This document shows, piece by piece, positions 10,575 to 19,718 of a stretch of 64,000 bases of DNA. The notes under the pieces are model-generated. The model was given only the letters and a program-made list of their open reading frames with translations, was not told where the DNA came from and did no database searches. This DNA comes from Ruminococcus sp. (GTDB lineage: Bacteria > Bacillota > Clostridia > Oscillospirales > Ruminococcaceae). Every line of letters starts with the position of its first letter. Within the stretch, counting starts at the first letter, position 1. The translations under genes were made by a program, and so were the position numbers. The stretch covers positions 40,845-104,844 of the forward strand of contig NZ_JAGCFH010000102.1 of the NCBI RefSeq assembly GCF_017650195.1, written 5' to 3'.

Positions 10575-11273
10575 TCAGTCATTATTTAACTTGTATTTAG
10601 CTAAAAGATCTGGTCGCCTTTCAGCGGTGAGTCGGAGACTTTGTTCATGTCTCCATGCTTCTATATTCTTGTGATGACCGGTGAGGAGAACTGGTGGAAC
10701 AGACTCTCCCTCCCATACCTCGGGACGGGTATACTGGGGATATTCGAGTAGACCGCTGTATATGCTCTCGTCTGTGAAACACACCTCGTCCGATAGCACT
10801 CCCTCGCACATACGGGCAACTGTGTCCGCAACTACCATAGCTGGGAGCTCGCCTCCTGTGAGTACATAATCGCCTATGGACAGCTCCTCGTCTACTATTT
10901 TGTCAATGACGCGCTGATCAACGCCCTCGTAGTGGCCGCATATAATAAGGATATTGTCCTGCTTGGAAAGCTCTATGGCGCGTTTCTGGTCGAAGATTCT
11001 GCCCTTTGGGGACATATATATAGTATGGGGCTTTGTACCAAGTTCCTCGCAGACAGCCTTATAGCAGTTGTATATCGGCTCGCACTGCATTACCATTCCC
11101 ATGCCACCACCATAGGGAGTATCGTCTACCCTGCGGTGCTTGTCGAGGGTATACTCTCTTATTTGACGGCAGTGAAGACTTATTTTTTCGGCTTTTCGAG
11201 CCCTTCCGACAATGCTTTCTCCGAGTACAGCTTCGCACATCTCGGGAAACAGTGTGGCGATCTCAATATGCAT
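10575..11273 (-). CDS. trmD: tRNA (guanine37-N1)-methyltransferase
   Basis: TLFPE, VDDTPYGGGMGM, CGHYEGVDQR, SIGDYVLTGGE, LEYPQYTRP. Confidence 0.96.
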   Translation of the reverse strand: MHIEIATLFPEMCEAVLGESIVGRARKAEKISLHCRQIREYTLDKHRRVDDTPYGGGMGMVMQCEPIYNCYKAVCEELGTKPHTIYMSPKGRIFDQKRAIELSKQDNILIICGHYEGVDQRVIDKIVDEELSIGDYVLTGGELPAMVVADTVARMCEGVLSDEVCFTDESIYSGLLEYPQYTRPEVWEGESVPPVLLTGHHKNIEAWRHEQSLRLTAERRPDLLAKYKLNND

Positions 11274-11327
11274 AATTTTCTCCTTTATAGTTAGAAACTG
11301 CATTCAATTGCAGTTCCTGCATTGCTG

Positions 11328-12047
11328 TCATATAAGCTGTACGCTTTCGGCGATAGCGATAACCTCGTTCCAGTCAGTTACGCTCATGGAAAGGATATAG
11401 CGGTGACGCTTGTCCCTTTCGGGGTAAATATTTATAAAAGCAGTTTGTCCTTCGGGGGTGTCTTGAGTAAGCAGAAAGCCCTGGAAGCCTACGCCGTCAA
11501 CGGGATAGAACCTGATCTGGTCCATTTTGTCTGGTATCATGTCGTTCTTACAATTCATGATTTTATATACTGTCTTAGAGTTTTTTCTGCTGTGGAGGTC
11601 GAAGTCGTCCATAGTCAGCATAGCAGCAAGGCGGACGAATTCGTATTTATTTTCAGGAGGCGTTTTCTGCATTTTCTTGCAGTAAGTGTCGAGATCCTCG
11701 TGATCTATGCCCGTCATATCGAGAAAGTCATAATTCTCGCCGAGAGTGTCCACGCATACGGATACAAAAAGGTTATCGTCCTTGTTGCCCCACATTACAG
11801 CATCCTTTTCATCAGTGCGGACGGGCTCCATGCCCTTCCATGCAGTTATCCGCACGCCGAGGGAGGAGTAGAGGTCGTAGCCGTCGGACAACTCCGGCAA
11901 CTCCTTGGGGACATCGTACCATATACTTCCAGTCTCGTCAAATTCGTGCTTTGTCTTGTAGTAGTAGGGAAGTCCGGGGAAGAAGTATGCGCATACTCCG
12001 ATAGCGGCGATGATGAGAAAAAACAATACGCCAAAGATCTTTTTCAT
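11328..12047 (-). CDS. Hypothetical membrane-anchored protein; paralog of 13842..14579
   Basis: N-terminal TM followed by FFPGLP; AGGAGG RBS. Confidence 0.75.
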   Translation of the reverse strand: MKKIFGVLFFLIIAAIGVCAYFFPGLPYYYKTKHEFDETGSIWYDVPKELPELSDGYDLYSSLGVRITAWKGMEPVRTDEKDAVMWGNKDDNLFVSVCVDTLGENYDFLDMTGIDHEDLDTYCKKMQKTPPENKYEFVRLAAMLTMDDFDLHSRKNSKTVYKIMNCKNDMIPDKMDQIRFYPVDGVGFQGFLLTQDTPEGQTAFINIYPERDKRHRYILSMSVTDWNEVIAIAESVQLI

Positions 12048-12097
12048 GATAAATGCCTCCTTTTGGGCTGCGTTGAGCCTGTTTTCTTTTGTTCTTT

Positions 12098-13321
12098 TTA
12101 TTTTTCTGTTTCTTTTTTATGCATAAGGTGTATGCCGATGTGTCCGATGCCAAGTATTATCGCCGCTGCGATAAGAAAGGCATTGCAGGCATAAACACCC
12201 AGCAGGAATGTGGCAAATACGGGCAGTGAAGCCCCTGCCAGTGGAAATCCGCAGTAATCTGAGTACATATCTGCAAGGGTACGACTGCTTCGGAAATACT
12301 TTATCCAGTATAGCTCGTAAATAATCATGAGCACAAGTGCAAGTATGATATAGCCAAGTCGCGGTGAAAATGAATAGCGGTCAAGCCGTCGGTCGGTAAG
12401 CAAAAGTGCGCTTACAAGAGCCTCGCCTGCACGTTCAAGTGTGAGGAGCACTTTGTTTTCATGTTTTGCGGAATCCTCATAGCCTGCGGGCTGTCTTTTG
12501 CTCCATAAAATATTGGGTATGAAGAGCATGAGCAGGAATGCTATGCCCACAACAGATATGCCCCATTCTGGGAGCTGTCCCCAGCCTCGGTAACACTTTG
12601 TCGGGAGCAGAGTAAAGCTTATATTATTGCCGTAATGCTCTTTAAGTGCTCCTGCCATTCTGTCCACAGATAAGTCTGTATGATATGTGCCATAGATACC
12701 CATTATTTTAGGCTGACCGATATTGTCATACTCGCGGATAAAGTTTGATATCATATAGGGCTCGCGTAAAGCATAGAATTCTGATGAGTTAACACTGTAT
12801 GCCGTTTTTGCCTGCTCGATGTTTTCGAGAGCTATGCGTTGGTTCTCAGAATGTGTAAGATCGCCTGAGTTCATGTCTGAAATATATTCAAGATATCTTG
12901 CACCCGTGGTCTTATACTGGTGACCAATATCGGTGCCATGGAAAATGGTTTCCGGATAATACCGCTTGATAGTGTGGAAAAACTCCTTATAATCAGGCGT
13001 ATCGCTTGCCGTGCCTTGAATCTCTTCAAGCATCTTGTCAAGTAGCTCATCATTATCGGACTGCATCCAGATATTAAGGAATTCTCCGTCATAGTAGGGA
13101 AGCTCCAGAAAAAGGTGGCGTATACCTTTTTTTTCGTAGCAATCCTTCCAGTATTCAATCTCCATATTGTAGTATCGCTTCACACCGTGCTCTTCACCAA
13201 TCAGTATTATATCGGCGTTTTTGTTCCTGTAGTGAGACGGAAAAAACAGCACAGACCAGACTGCAAGCCCAGCGAATAACACTGCAAGTACAGTGATAGA
13301 TATGATATTGCTATTCTTCAT
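12098..13321 (-). CDS. Hypothetical protein: EreA/ChaN-like soluble domain plus C-terminal multi-TM domain
   Basis: IILIGEEHG and HLFLELP motifs, then about five hydrophobic helices. Confidence 0.65.
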   Translation of the reverse strand: MKNSNIISITVLAVLFAGLAVWSVLFFPSHYRNKNADIILIGEEHGVKRYYNMEIEYWKDCYEKKGIRHLFLELPYYDGEFLNIWMQSDNDELLDKMLEEIQGTASDTPDYKEFFHTIKRYYPETIFHGTDIGHQYKTTGARYLEYISDMNSGDLTHSENQRIALENIEQAKTAYSVNSSEFYALREPYMISNFIREYDNIGQPKIMGIYGTYHTDLSVDRMAGALKEHYGNNISFTLLPTKCYRGWGQLPEWGISVVGIAFLLMLFIPNILWSKRQPAGYEDSAKHENKVLLTLERAGEALVSALLLTDRRLDRYSFSPRLGYIILALVLMIIYELYWIKYFRSSRTLADMYSDYCGFPLAGASLPVFATFLLGVYACNAFLIAAAIILGIGHIGIHLMHKKETEK

Positions 13322-13324
13322 ATC

Positions 13325-13828
13325 TCAGTCGAAAAGCCCGTCAAGGGGACGAATAGTCATTATGTTTTCGTCGGTATTGGTAGATATCACTACGTCGGCA
13401 ATGGCAGGAACGAGATATTCCCTATCCTGTCCCTTTATGACGTAGACGTCGTTTGCGCCGGTCTGCATTACGTCGGCGATAGTGCCGTAGACCTCCGCGG
13501 TGTCCGCGTCTCGGACCTCCATACCGATAAGGTCCTGTATGAAATAGGTATCCTCATCAAGTTCAAGGTCGTCGCGGTGCATATAGAGCACCTTGTTGCG
13601 GAGCTTTTCCGCAGCTTCTGGAGTATCCACGCCTTCTATCTTGGCAATGACCGTATTTTTGAACACACGGGAGCGCTCGATGAACACTTCCTCGTGCCCT
13701 TTTCCTATGAATAACCTGTCGAACTCTGCAAGAAGCTCGGGGCTGTCGGTGTAGGGCATTATCTTCACCTCTCCCCGTATGCCGTGGGTGGTGACTATCT
13801 TGCCCGCTTCGAGGTATTGTTTTTTCAT
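13325..13828 (-). CDS. rimM: Ribosome maturation factor RimM
   Basis: GKIVTTHGIRGEVK, YFIQDLIG, QTGANDVYVI. Confidence 0.95.
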   Translation of the reverse strand: MKKQYLEAGKIVTTHGIRGEVKIMPYTDSPELLAEFDRLFIGKGHEEVFIERSRVFKNTVIAKIEGVDTPEAAEKLRNKVLYMHRDDLELDEDTYFIQDLIGMEVRDADTAEVYGTIADVMQTGANDVYVIKGQDREYLVPAIADVVISTNTDENIMTIRPLDGLFD

Positions 13829-13841
13829 AGCTTATCCTTTG

Positions 13842-14579
13842 TTATTCAAGCTCTATAGAGCTGATTATCTGCTTTGCAGTTGTTTCGTCGCCGCATTTTA
13901 TCGTGACTAAATATGAGTTCAGGTCATCTCCGTCAGGAAAAATTGACAGATTCCATATATCTTCATATCCGTTGCGATGTATTCTGCCGATATATTCTGT
14001 GAAGTTGCTGCTTTTGAGCTTCTGCATATCTTCGGCTTCCATTGTTTTTTCCTTTAGATCGGCAAGCTCGAAAAAGATATCCTTATTTTTTCCGCGGATC
14101 CTTATACAGTCTGCAGAGGTGATATATTCCCTTATGTAAAACAGAATCTTTGAACTGAAGCCGTACTGTGGCGGTTCTGTCCCTATTGATCTGAAAAAAT
14201 CTTTGTAATCTTCTTGCTCATATTTATATATGTCCCACGGGTCGTAATCCTGAAATGAAGCAAGGGTTTCATCTTGTTCTTTGTTGTTGGTTTGCAGTAC
14301 AACGAGCTCCACTTCTCCAGATGCCGATTTCAGACCGTTGCCGTCGAGCTTCAAACTGCAATCGGCTGGTGCTTTAAGTTTAATGCCATCCAGTGTGAAT
14401 TCTTTAAAATCGGCTCTGACAGATACGAGTTCAAAAGCATTTGGCTTTTCATTGATATGCTTGTATTGGTATTTCACCTTGAAAAAGGAGGGAAGTCCCG
14501 GGAAAAATACAAATATTACAAGTGAAGCAGTGAGCAGAAAAACGAGAACAGCTCCGCCGATAATGAGTGCTTTTTTCAT
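13842..14579 (-). CDS. Hypothetical membrane-anchored protein; paralog of 11328..12047
   Basis: N-terminal TM followed by FFPGLP; C-terminus similar to the paralog. Confidence 0.75.
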   Translation of the reverse strand: MKKALIIGGAVLVFLLTASLVIFVFFPGLPSFFKVKYQYKHINEKPNAFELVSVRADFKEFTLDGIKLKAPADCSLKLDGNGLKSASGEVELVVLQTNNKEQDETLASFQDYDPWDIYKYEQEDYKDFFRSIGTEPPQYGFSSKILFYIREYITSADCIRIRGKNKDIFFELADLKEKTMEAEDMQKLKSSNFTEYIGRIHRNGYEDIWNLSIFPDGDDLNSYLVTIKCGDETTAKQIISSIELE

Positions 14580-14604
14580 TGTATCTCCAGTATTTAGTGT
14601 TTGT

Positions 14605-14669
14605 GTAGGTGGAGATATTATCCCCCCGATAATACTACATTATGACGGACGCACAATGTGCGTTCCTAC
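14605..14669. repeat. Inverted pair of 24-nt GTAG REP-like palindromes
   Basis: GTAGGTGGAGATATTATCCCCCCG (+, 14605-14628) and GTAGGAACGCACATTGTGCGTCCG (-, 14669-14646). Confidence 0.7.
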
Positions 14670-14692
14670 AAGTTAATGACTTATTGAGCTGA

Positions 14693-16132
14693 CTAATTTT
14701 TCATTTCAAAGCTTTCGCCAAGAATGTCTTTGTTTGCGTCGAGTATAGGCTTTATGCACTCGGTAAGAAATTCGTCTACCTGCTGTGAGCTTCTGCCTGT
14801 ATAGTTCTCTGGTTTGAGAACTGCGTCAAGCTCCTCTTTTGTTACCATGAACATAGGATCAGCTTCGATGAGCTCGCAGAGATTGTTGTCAAGACCCTTG
14901 ACCTTTACATTAGCGCCTGCCTCCATTGAGTAATCCATGATACGGTCGTGGAGCTCCTGACGGTTACCGCCCTTCTTTACAGCGTCCATCATGATGTTCT
15001 CACTTGCCATGAATGGAAGCTCTGCCATAACGCGGCGACGTATCATCTCGGGATATACTACAATACCATTAGTAACGTTGAGCATTATATTGAGTATAGC
15101 GTCAATGCCGAGGAATGCTTCTGCTACGCTGATACGCTTGTTTGCAGAGTCGTCGAGAGTCCTCTCGAACCACTGTGTGCCTGCTGTGAATGCAGGGTTG
15201 AGACTGTCTATCATCACGTAACGTGCGAGAGAAGTTATTCTCTCACAACGCATAGGATTGCGCTTGTAAGCCATTGCGGACGAGCCTATCTGCTTCTTTT
15301 CACGTGGCTCCTCCATTTCCTTGAAGGACTGGAGTATACGCATATCGTTGGAGAATTTGCTTGCGGACTGTGCTATATCGCTGAGGAGCTCTAGCACCTT
15401 TGAGTCCACCTTACGTGAGTAGGTCTGACCTGATACAGGAACTACCGCGTCGAAGCCCATTTCCTCTGCAATCATCTGTTCCAACTTCTTTATCTTGTTG
15501 GTATCACCCTCGAAAAGCTCCATAAATGAAGCCTGAGTACCTGTTGTACCCTTAGAGCCGAGAAGTTTAAGTGTGGACATACGGTATTCGAGGTCCTGAA
15601 AGTCCATGAGGAGCTCGTTGAGCCAGAGAGTAGCCCTCTTGCCAACTGTGGTGAGCTGAGCGGGCTGCAAATGGGTATAAGCAAGGCAGGGGAGGTTCTT
15701 GTACTCGTCTGCGAACTTTGCAAGGTTGTTCATTACGTGTAGAAGCTTCCTGCGCACTACCTTAAGAGCGTCGCGCATTATGATAACGTCGGTGTTGTCG
15801 CCTACGTAGCAGGAGGTTGCGCCGAGGTGTATGATGCCTGCCGCATCGGGACAAGCCTGTCCGTAAGTGAATACATGAGCCATAACGTCATGGCGTGTTA
15901 TTTTTTCGCGCTCAGCTGCCATTTCGTAGTCAACGTCGTTTATATGCTCCTCGAGCTGCTTCACCTGTGCCTCAGTAACTGGCAGTCCCAGTTTCATTTC
16001 GGCTCTTGCTAGAGCCACCCAGAGTTTTCTCCATGTAGTGAATTTTTTATCCGCAGAGAAAATATACTGCATTTCCTCGCTTGCATAACGTGTGCAGAAG
16101 GGGCTTTCATAGCTGTTGATATTACTGCTCAT
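14693..16132 (-). CDS. purB: Adenylosuccinate lyase
   Basis: RHDVMAH, HLGATS, THLQPAQ and the fumarate-lyase signature GSSAMAYKRNP; promoter TTGACA-17-TATAAT at 16224-16196. Confidence 0.96.
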   Translation of the reverse strand: MSSNINSYESPFCTRYASEEMQYIFSADKKFTTWRKLWVALARAEMKLGLPVTEAQVKQLEEHINDVDYEMAAEREKITRHDVMAHVFTYGQACPDAAGIIHLGATSCYVGDNTDVIIMRDALKVVRRKLLHVMNNLAKFADEYKNLPCLAYTHLQPAQLTTVGKRATLWLNELLMDFQDLEYRMSTLKLLGSKGTTGTQASFMELFEGDTNKIKKLEQMIAEEMGFDAVVPVSGQTYSRKVDSKVLELLSDIAQSASKFSNDMRILQSFKEMEEPREKKQIGSSAMAYKRNPMRCERITSLARYVMIDSLNPAFTAGTQWFERTLDDSANKRISVAEAFLGIDAILNIMLNVTNGIVVYPEMIRRRVMAELPFMASENIMMDAVKKGGNRQELHDRIMDYSMEAGANVKVKGLDNNLCELIEADPMFMVTKEELDAVLKPENYTGRSSQQVDEFLTECIKPILDANKDILGESFEMKN

Positions 16133-16225
16133 GTTGATCTTACTCCTTTAGAATAAAAATTGATGTGCGCTTTAAGCGCAAAGAATATCACCTTAATTAT
16201 ATCATTATAAATCTTTCGTGTCAAT

Positions 16226-16256
16226 AAAAAAGGCGGCTGAGAGCCGCCTTAGTTTT
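16226..16256 (-). terminator. Intrinsic terminator after the FHA/PP2C/membrane-protein operon
   Basis: AAGGCGGCT-gag-AGCCGCCTT with a U-tract on the minus strand. Confidence 0.75.
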
Positions 16257-16285
16257 GATGAAATTATGCCTGATTTCTGTATAAT

Positions 16286-16966
16286 TTACACATCATCCAT
16301 ATAGTTATTTTTGTAATTGTCAACATGTTCGTCCAGCTTTTCGTTTTTTAATGTAAGCTCTGTCATTTGATCTGTGGCTGCCTGCTTAAGCTTGTCGAAA
16401 TGTTGCTTATAGGGATCCTGTATCGTAATTTGTTTGCTGTTCATATCCTGTTCAAAGAATCTTTCGTTGAAATGTGGATAGTTGTCCTCCTTTTCGAGCT
16501 TATGGAAGGTATAGTTGGTCTTCATGTTTACCGCTGCTATTAAGAGTATTATCACAAGAAGGAACAGATGTATCCTTGATGTATAGCCGATAGAGTCAAA
16601 TTTGAAGTATTTCAGATATTCTCCGTTGGCATATTTTTTGAAGACGTAGAGTATGATCTGGTTTAATATGGCTATGGCGCCAGTAAATACGACGAAGAGG
16701 TCGCGCCTTCTGTATGCCGCCTGCCATGCGCAATATATACCTACCGAATAGACTATAAAACTTTCAAACGTCAGGAATATGGTATCATCCGCAAAAACGC
16801 TACCGAGCATTAGAAAGAATGAAAGCAGCGGAAAGAATGTCAGTGCAAAAAGATATGCTATGATAAGTTTTGTGTAGGTTTTGTTACATTTATTGAGCAG
16901 AGTGCGGTTGTGGGCATACTCCCTTGCCTTTGCCTCCTGATCACGATAAACATCAAATCTATCCAT
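16286..16966 (-). CDS. Hypothetical membrane protein (about 4 TM)
   Basis: Likely start MDRFDV at 16966 after AGGAG; hydrophobic core with a soluble C-terminal tail. Confidence 0.65.
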   Translation of the reverse strand: MDRFDVYRDQEAKAREYAHNRTLLNKCNKTYTKLIIAYLFALTFFPLLSFFLMLGSVFADDTIFLTFESFIVYSVGIYCAWQAAYRRRDLFVVFTGAIAILNQIILYVFKKYANGEYLKYFKFDSIGYTSRIHLFLLVIILLIAAVNMKTNYTFHKLEKEDNYPHFNERFFEQDMNSKQITIQDPYKQHFDKLKQAATDQMTELTLKNEKLDEHVDNYKNNYMDDV

Positions 16967-16992
16967 AATAAAACTCCTACAAGAAGTTAATA

Positions 16993-17361
16993 TCAGTATT
17001 TTGAATCCAGCATTTTTGCCATGAAGCAGTATACTATAGAGAATACAAGGCTGAAAATAGCTGTGCTCTTGTCGCTTGTGATTGCGAAAGATATGATGTT
17101 CAGAAGCATAAGGACCGCCGCGAGTTTGTAGCACAAATCATAATTTCTTTTAAGTCCCTGAACAGCCATATAAATAACAAGAAGAGTCGGTATGAGCAAC
17201 ATAAGCGCCGTGAAAAAAGCTACACCGCCAAGGGCAGCGTCGGCTCCTCTTTTGCCTGCTGCTGCAGTGCCTGCGGCAGAGATACCTGTGAATGTGATCA
17301 CAGCAATTATGCCGTAATACACCACAAGAAGTATGTTGATAATTTTGAATGCCTTTGCCAT
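16993..17361 (-). CDS. Hypothetical membrane protein (about 4 TM)
   Basis: 122 aa, mostly hydrophobic; AGGAGG RBS. Confidence 0.7.
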   Translation of the reverse strand: MAKAFKIINILLVVYYGIIAVITFTGISAAGTAAAGKRGADAALGGVAFFTALMLLIPTLLVIYMAVQGLKRNYDLCYKLAAVLMLLNIISFAITSDKSTAIFSLVFSIVYCFMAKMLDSKY

Positions 17362-17432
17362 TTAGATTTTCCTCCTATATCATAAATATATATCAGACCG
17401 CCGTCTGCATGTGAAGCGGCAGGTATGACCCA

Positions 17433-17666
17433 TTATATTCTGTCGTCTGTGTGGACGATGACAGTATTTTCCAGCAGCCTGAACCCCATATCGGCTGCCG
17501 CGTCGGGAACGCCTCCTGGAAGTCTGATACCACTGTAAACAGCCGGAACTGCTGCAGATGGCGTCTCCCTGCGTTCCTTTTTTATGATAATGCTCCACAT
17601 TATCAGATTTATTATAATGAACACCGCGGCAGCTGCCACGATGACAAGTATCTCTCCTGTAGTCAT
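17433..17666 (-). CDS. Small single-TM protein ending in FRLLENTVIVHTDDRI
   Basis: AAGGAGAGG RBS; TM segment, Pro/Ala linker and a compact C-terminal motif. Confidence 0.7.
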   Translation of the reverse strand: MTTGEILVIVAAAAVFIIINLIMWSIIIKKERRETPSAAVPAVYSGIRLPGGVPDAAADMGFRLLENTVIVHTDDRI

Positions 17667-17707
17667 AGTTCCTCTCCTTTGAGCGGATAGCTGCGTTTGA
17701 AAGTTTG

Positions 17708-18475
17708 TCAGAATTCGGGACGGAACAGAGCGGCTGTGATATTATCGTTTTCCTCTCTTGCTTTGACTGTGTCTATGAGCTCCCTGAGCTTTTTCTGCAT
17801 ATCTGCCTTTGTGACGGTGCGTTCTGGAGAAAGCTCTTCAAACAGCTCTTTTTCGGTAAGTACATGGCGGAAGCCGTCAGAGCATATCATATAGTTCGCG
17901 CCGCTTTCAAGGTCTCCCAGTTTTACCTCCGGGAATATATCTGCGGTGACGCCAACGCACTGCACTAGGGCGTTCCTGCGGGGATCTGTCTTAGCTTCCT
18001 CGGGAGTCATTCTGCCGTTTTTTACCTCGCGGTTCACGAAGGTATGATCGTCGGTGAGTTGGCTGAGCTTGTCAGATATCTTGTAAATACGGGTATCGCC
18101 TACGTGGAATGTCATGAACTTCGAGTCCACGGCTATTATTCCCGTAGCTGTAGTGCCGAGTTGTATATCCTCGTGCATACCGTAGTCAACCATAATGGCG
18201 TTGAGCCGTCTGAGGCGACTTATGACATTACGGGCTGCGGTCTCCCAGTTCCAGTCGGGAAGCTCAAAGGGAAACTCGCTGTCAAACCACTCTGCAAAGC
18301 TGCGTATGACTTCTGCGCTGGCGAGTTCACCACGGGAGAGACCACCCATTCCGTCACATACAAGTATAAGAGCGGCTTTACCGCTGCCTGTTTCGGCTGT
18401 CTTGACGCATACGCTGTCTTGATTTATGTATTTTGATATGCCTGCGTCTGTATCGCAGGCTGCGATGTATTTCAT
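17708..18475 (-). CDS. PP2C-family Ser/Thr protein phosphatase
   Basis: NQDS, VCDGMGG, HVGDTRIY, CSDG, DNIT motifs. Confidence 0.92.
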   Translation of the reverse strand: MKYIAACDTDAGISKYINQDSVCVKTAETGSGKAALILVCDGMGGLSRGELASAEVIRSFAEWFDSEFPFELPDWNWETAARNVISRLRRLNAIMVDYGMHEDIQLGTTATGIIAVDSKFMTFHVGDTRIYKISDKLSQLTDDHTFVNREVKNGRMTPEEAKTDPRRNALVQCVGVTADIFPEVKLGDLESGANYMICSDGFRHVLTEKELFEELSPERTVTKADMQKKLRELIDTVKAREENDNITAALFRPEF

Positions 18476-18483
18476 ACTGACCT

Positions 18484-19578
18484 CTACCTGTCTGTGAAAT
18501 CGAATTCTTCGTTTGAAAGCTTGAGCACATCGCCGCTCTTTAGCTTTATTTCCCTTTCGGGGATGAGGGGAGTGCCATTTATGTATGTTTTATTGGTGGA
18601 GTTGTTGTCTTCTATGAAGCATGAGCCGCTACGTGTATAGATAGTGGCGTGAAGGCGGCTTACTGTGCGGTTTTCGGTGACACAGAAGTCAACGCGGCTG
18701 CGTTCCTTGCCTATCCTGAAGACCGGCTTATCGATATTTACCGTAACTCCGGTTGAGCGTCGTGTAAGAGTTGGATATCTCTGTTCTGTATGAGGTATCT
18801 CTTTTTTCACAAGATCTGGGAGCCCCTGCTTTCTTTCCTCCCTGAGGGAAGGAATAACCTTGGGCTCAGACTTCTGAGTTGCTGGTGTCAAAGGTCTTTC
18901 AGCTCTATGTGCTGAAAATTCGTGAGTATCTCCGCTGTGCTGCACAGGGGGCAGCACTTTCGGCTTGCGCACCTGCTGAGCGGATTGGGAAGCAGGTCTG
19001 CTGAACTCGCTCCTGTCCGGTAATGCAAAGAGCTCGGGAGCCTCGTTGTGTATATAGTTTTTGGCCTCGTATATACTGAAACCGGGCTTGCTTATGATAA
19101 AATTCATGAAGCTGTCAACGCGGTCGTAGTCGTAACGGTCGCGGTAGCTTGCATAGGTGGATATCTTACGCAGGCAGTTGACGATTCCGTCGTTGGTTGA
19201 CTCGTTATACCAGAGTGGAAGATAAAAAAGGTGAATCTCTTTTGTCTGCCGGTCTATGATGATATAATTCGGATCAAGCACGATATTCTGCATATTGAAG
19301 CCGCATTTCTCTGCAATTTCAAGTATATTGAGAAGATTTGACACTATCTGGAAATACTGTGTCTTGTCTATGCCGCTTTTCAGCACGTCTATAAGGGGGA
19401 CTCCGTGAGCGCCAGTGAATACCAGCTTATCGGCGGACTGCATCGAGGGAACGAGCCAGCCCTTTATGCGATTGTCGATAAAATAACGGTATTCGGGTTC
19501 GTTGAGCATTTCGCTGCCGATGAGTCTGCATACTATATATACCTCTCCATTTTTCTCCGAAAATTTAAGCTTAGCCAC
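18484..19578 (-). CDS. FHA-domain protein with a DUF6382-like N-terminal region
   Basis: C-terminal FHA (RIGKE..VSRLHA..DNNSTNKTYING); GTG start after AAGGAG; promoter TTGACT-17-TATAAT at 19639-19611. The DUF6382 assignment is from recall. Confidence 0.85.
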   Translation of the reverse strand: MAKLKFSEKNGEVYIVCRLIGSEMLNEPEYRYFIDNRIKGWLVPSMQSADKLVFTGAHGVPLIDVLKSGIDKTQYFQIVSNLLNILEIAEKCGFNMQNIVLDPNYIIIDRQTKEIHLFYLPLWYNESTNDGIVNCLRKISTYASYRDRYDYDRVDSFMNFIISKPGFSIYEAKNYIHNEAPELFALPDRSEFSRPASQSAQQVRKPKVLPPVQHSGDTHEFSAHRAERPLTPATQKSEPKVIPSLREERKQGLPDLVKKEIPHTEQRYPTLTRRSTGVTVNIDKPVFRIGKERSRVDFCVTENRTVSRLHATIYTRSGSCFIEDNNSTNKTYINGTPLIPEREIKLKSGDVLKLSNEEFDFTDR

Positions 19579-19687
19579 GTTACCACTCCTTTCAGCTGAT
19601 TCTGCAATATATTATACAATATAATCAATACAAAGTCAAGATGATAGTAGCAAGGTGTTAAAGGTGTAATCGGAAAGTGTGCATAAC

Positions 19688-19712
19688 AAAAAACCGCCCC
19701 GAAGGGCGGTTT
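19688..19712 (-). terminator. secDF terminator
   Basis: AAACCGCCC-cgaa-GGGCGGTTT with a U-tract on the minus strand. Confidence 0.85.
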
Positions 19713-19718
19713 GAAAGT

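Noticed and set aside
11322-12194. 290-aa plus-strand ORF, and other long antisense ORFs such as 43305-43982 and 46829-47383
   Set aside because: Shadow frames opposite well-supported genes, with no RBS or recognisable motifs.
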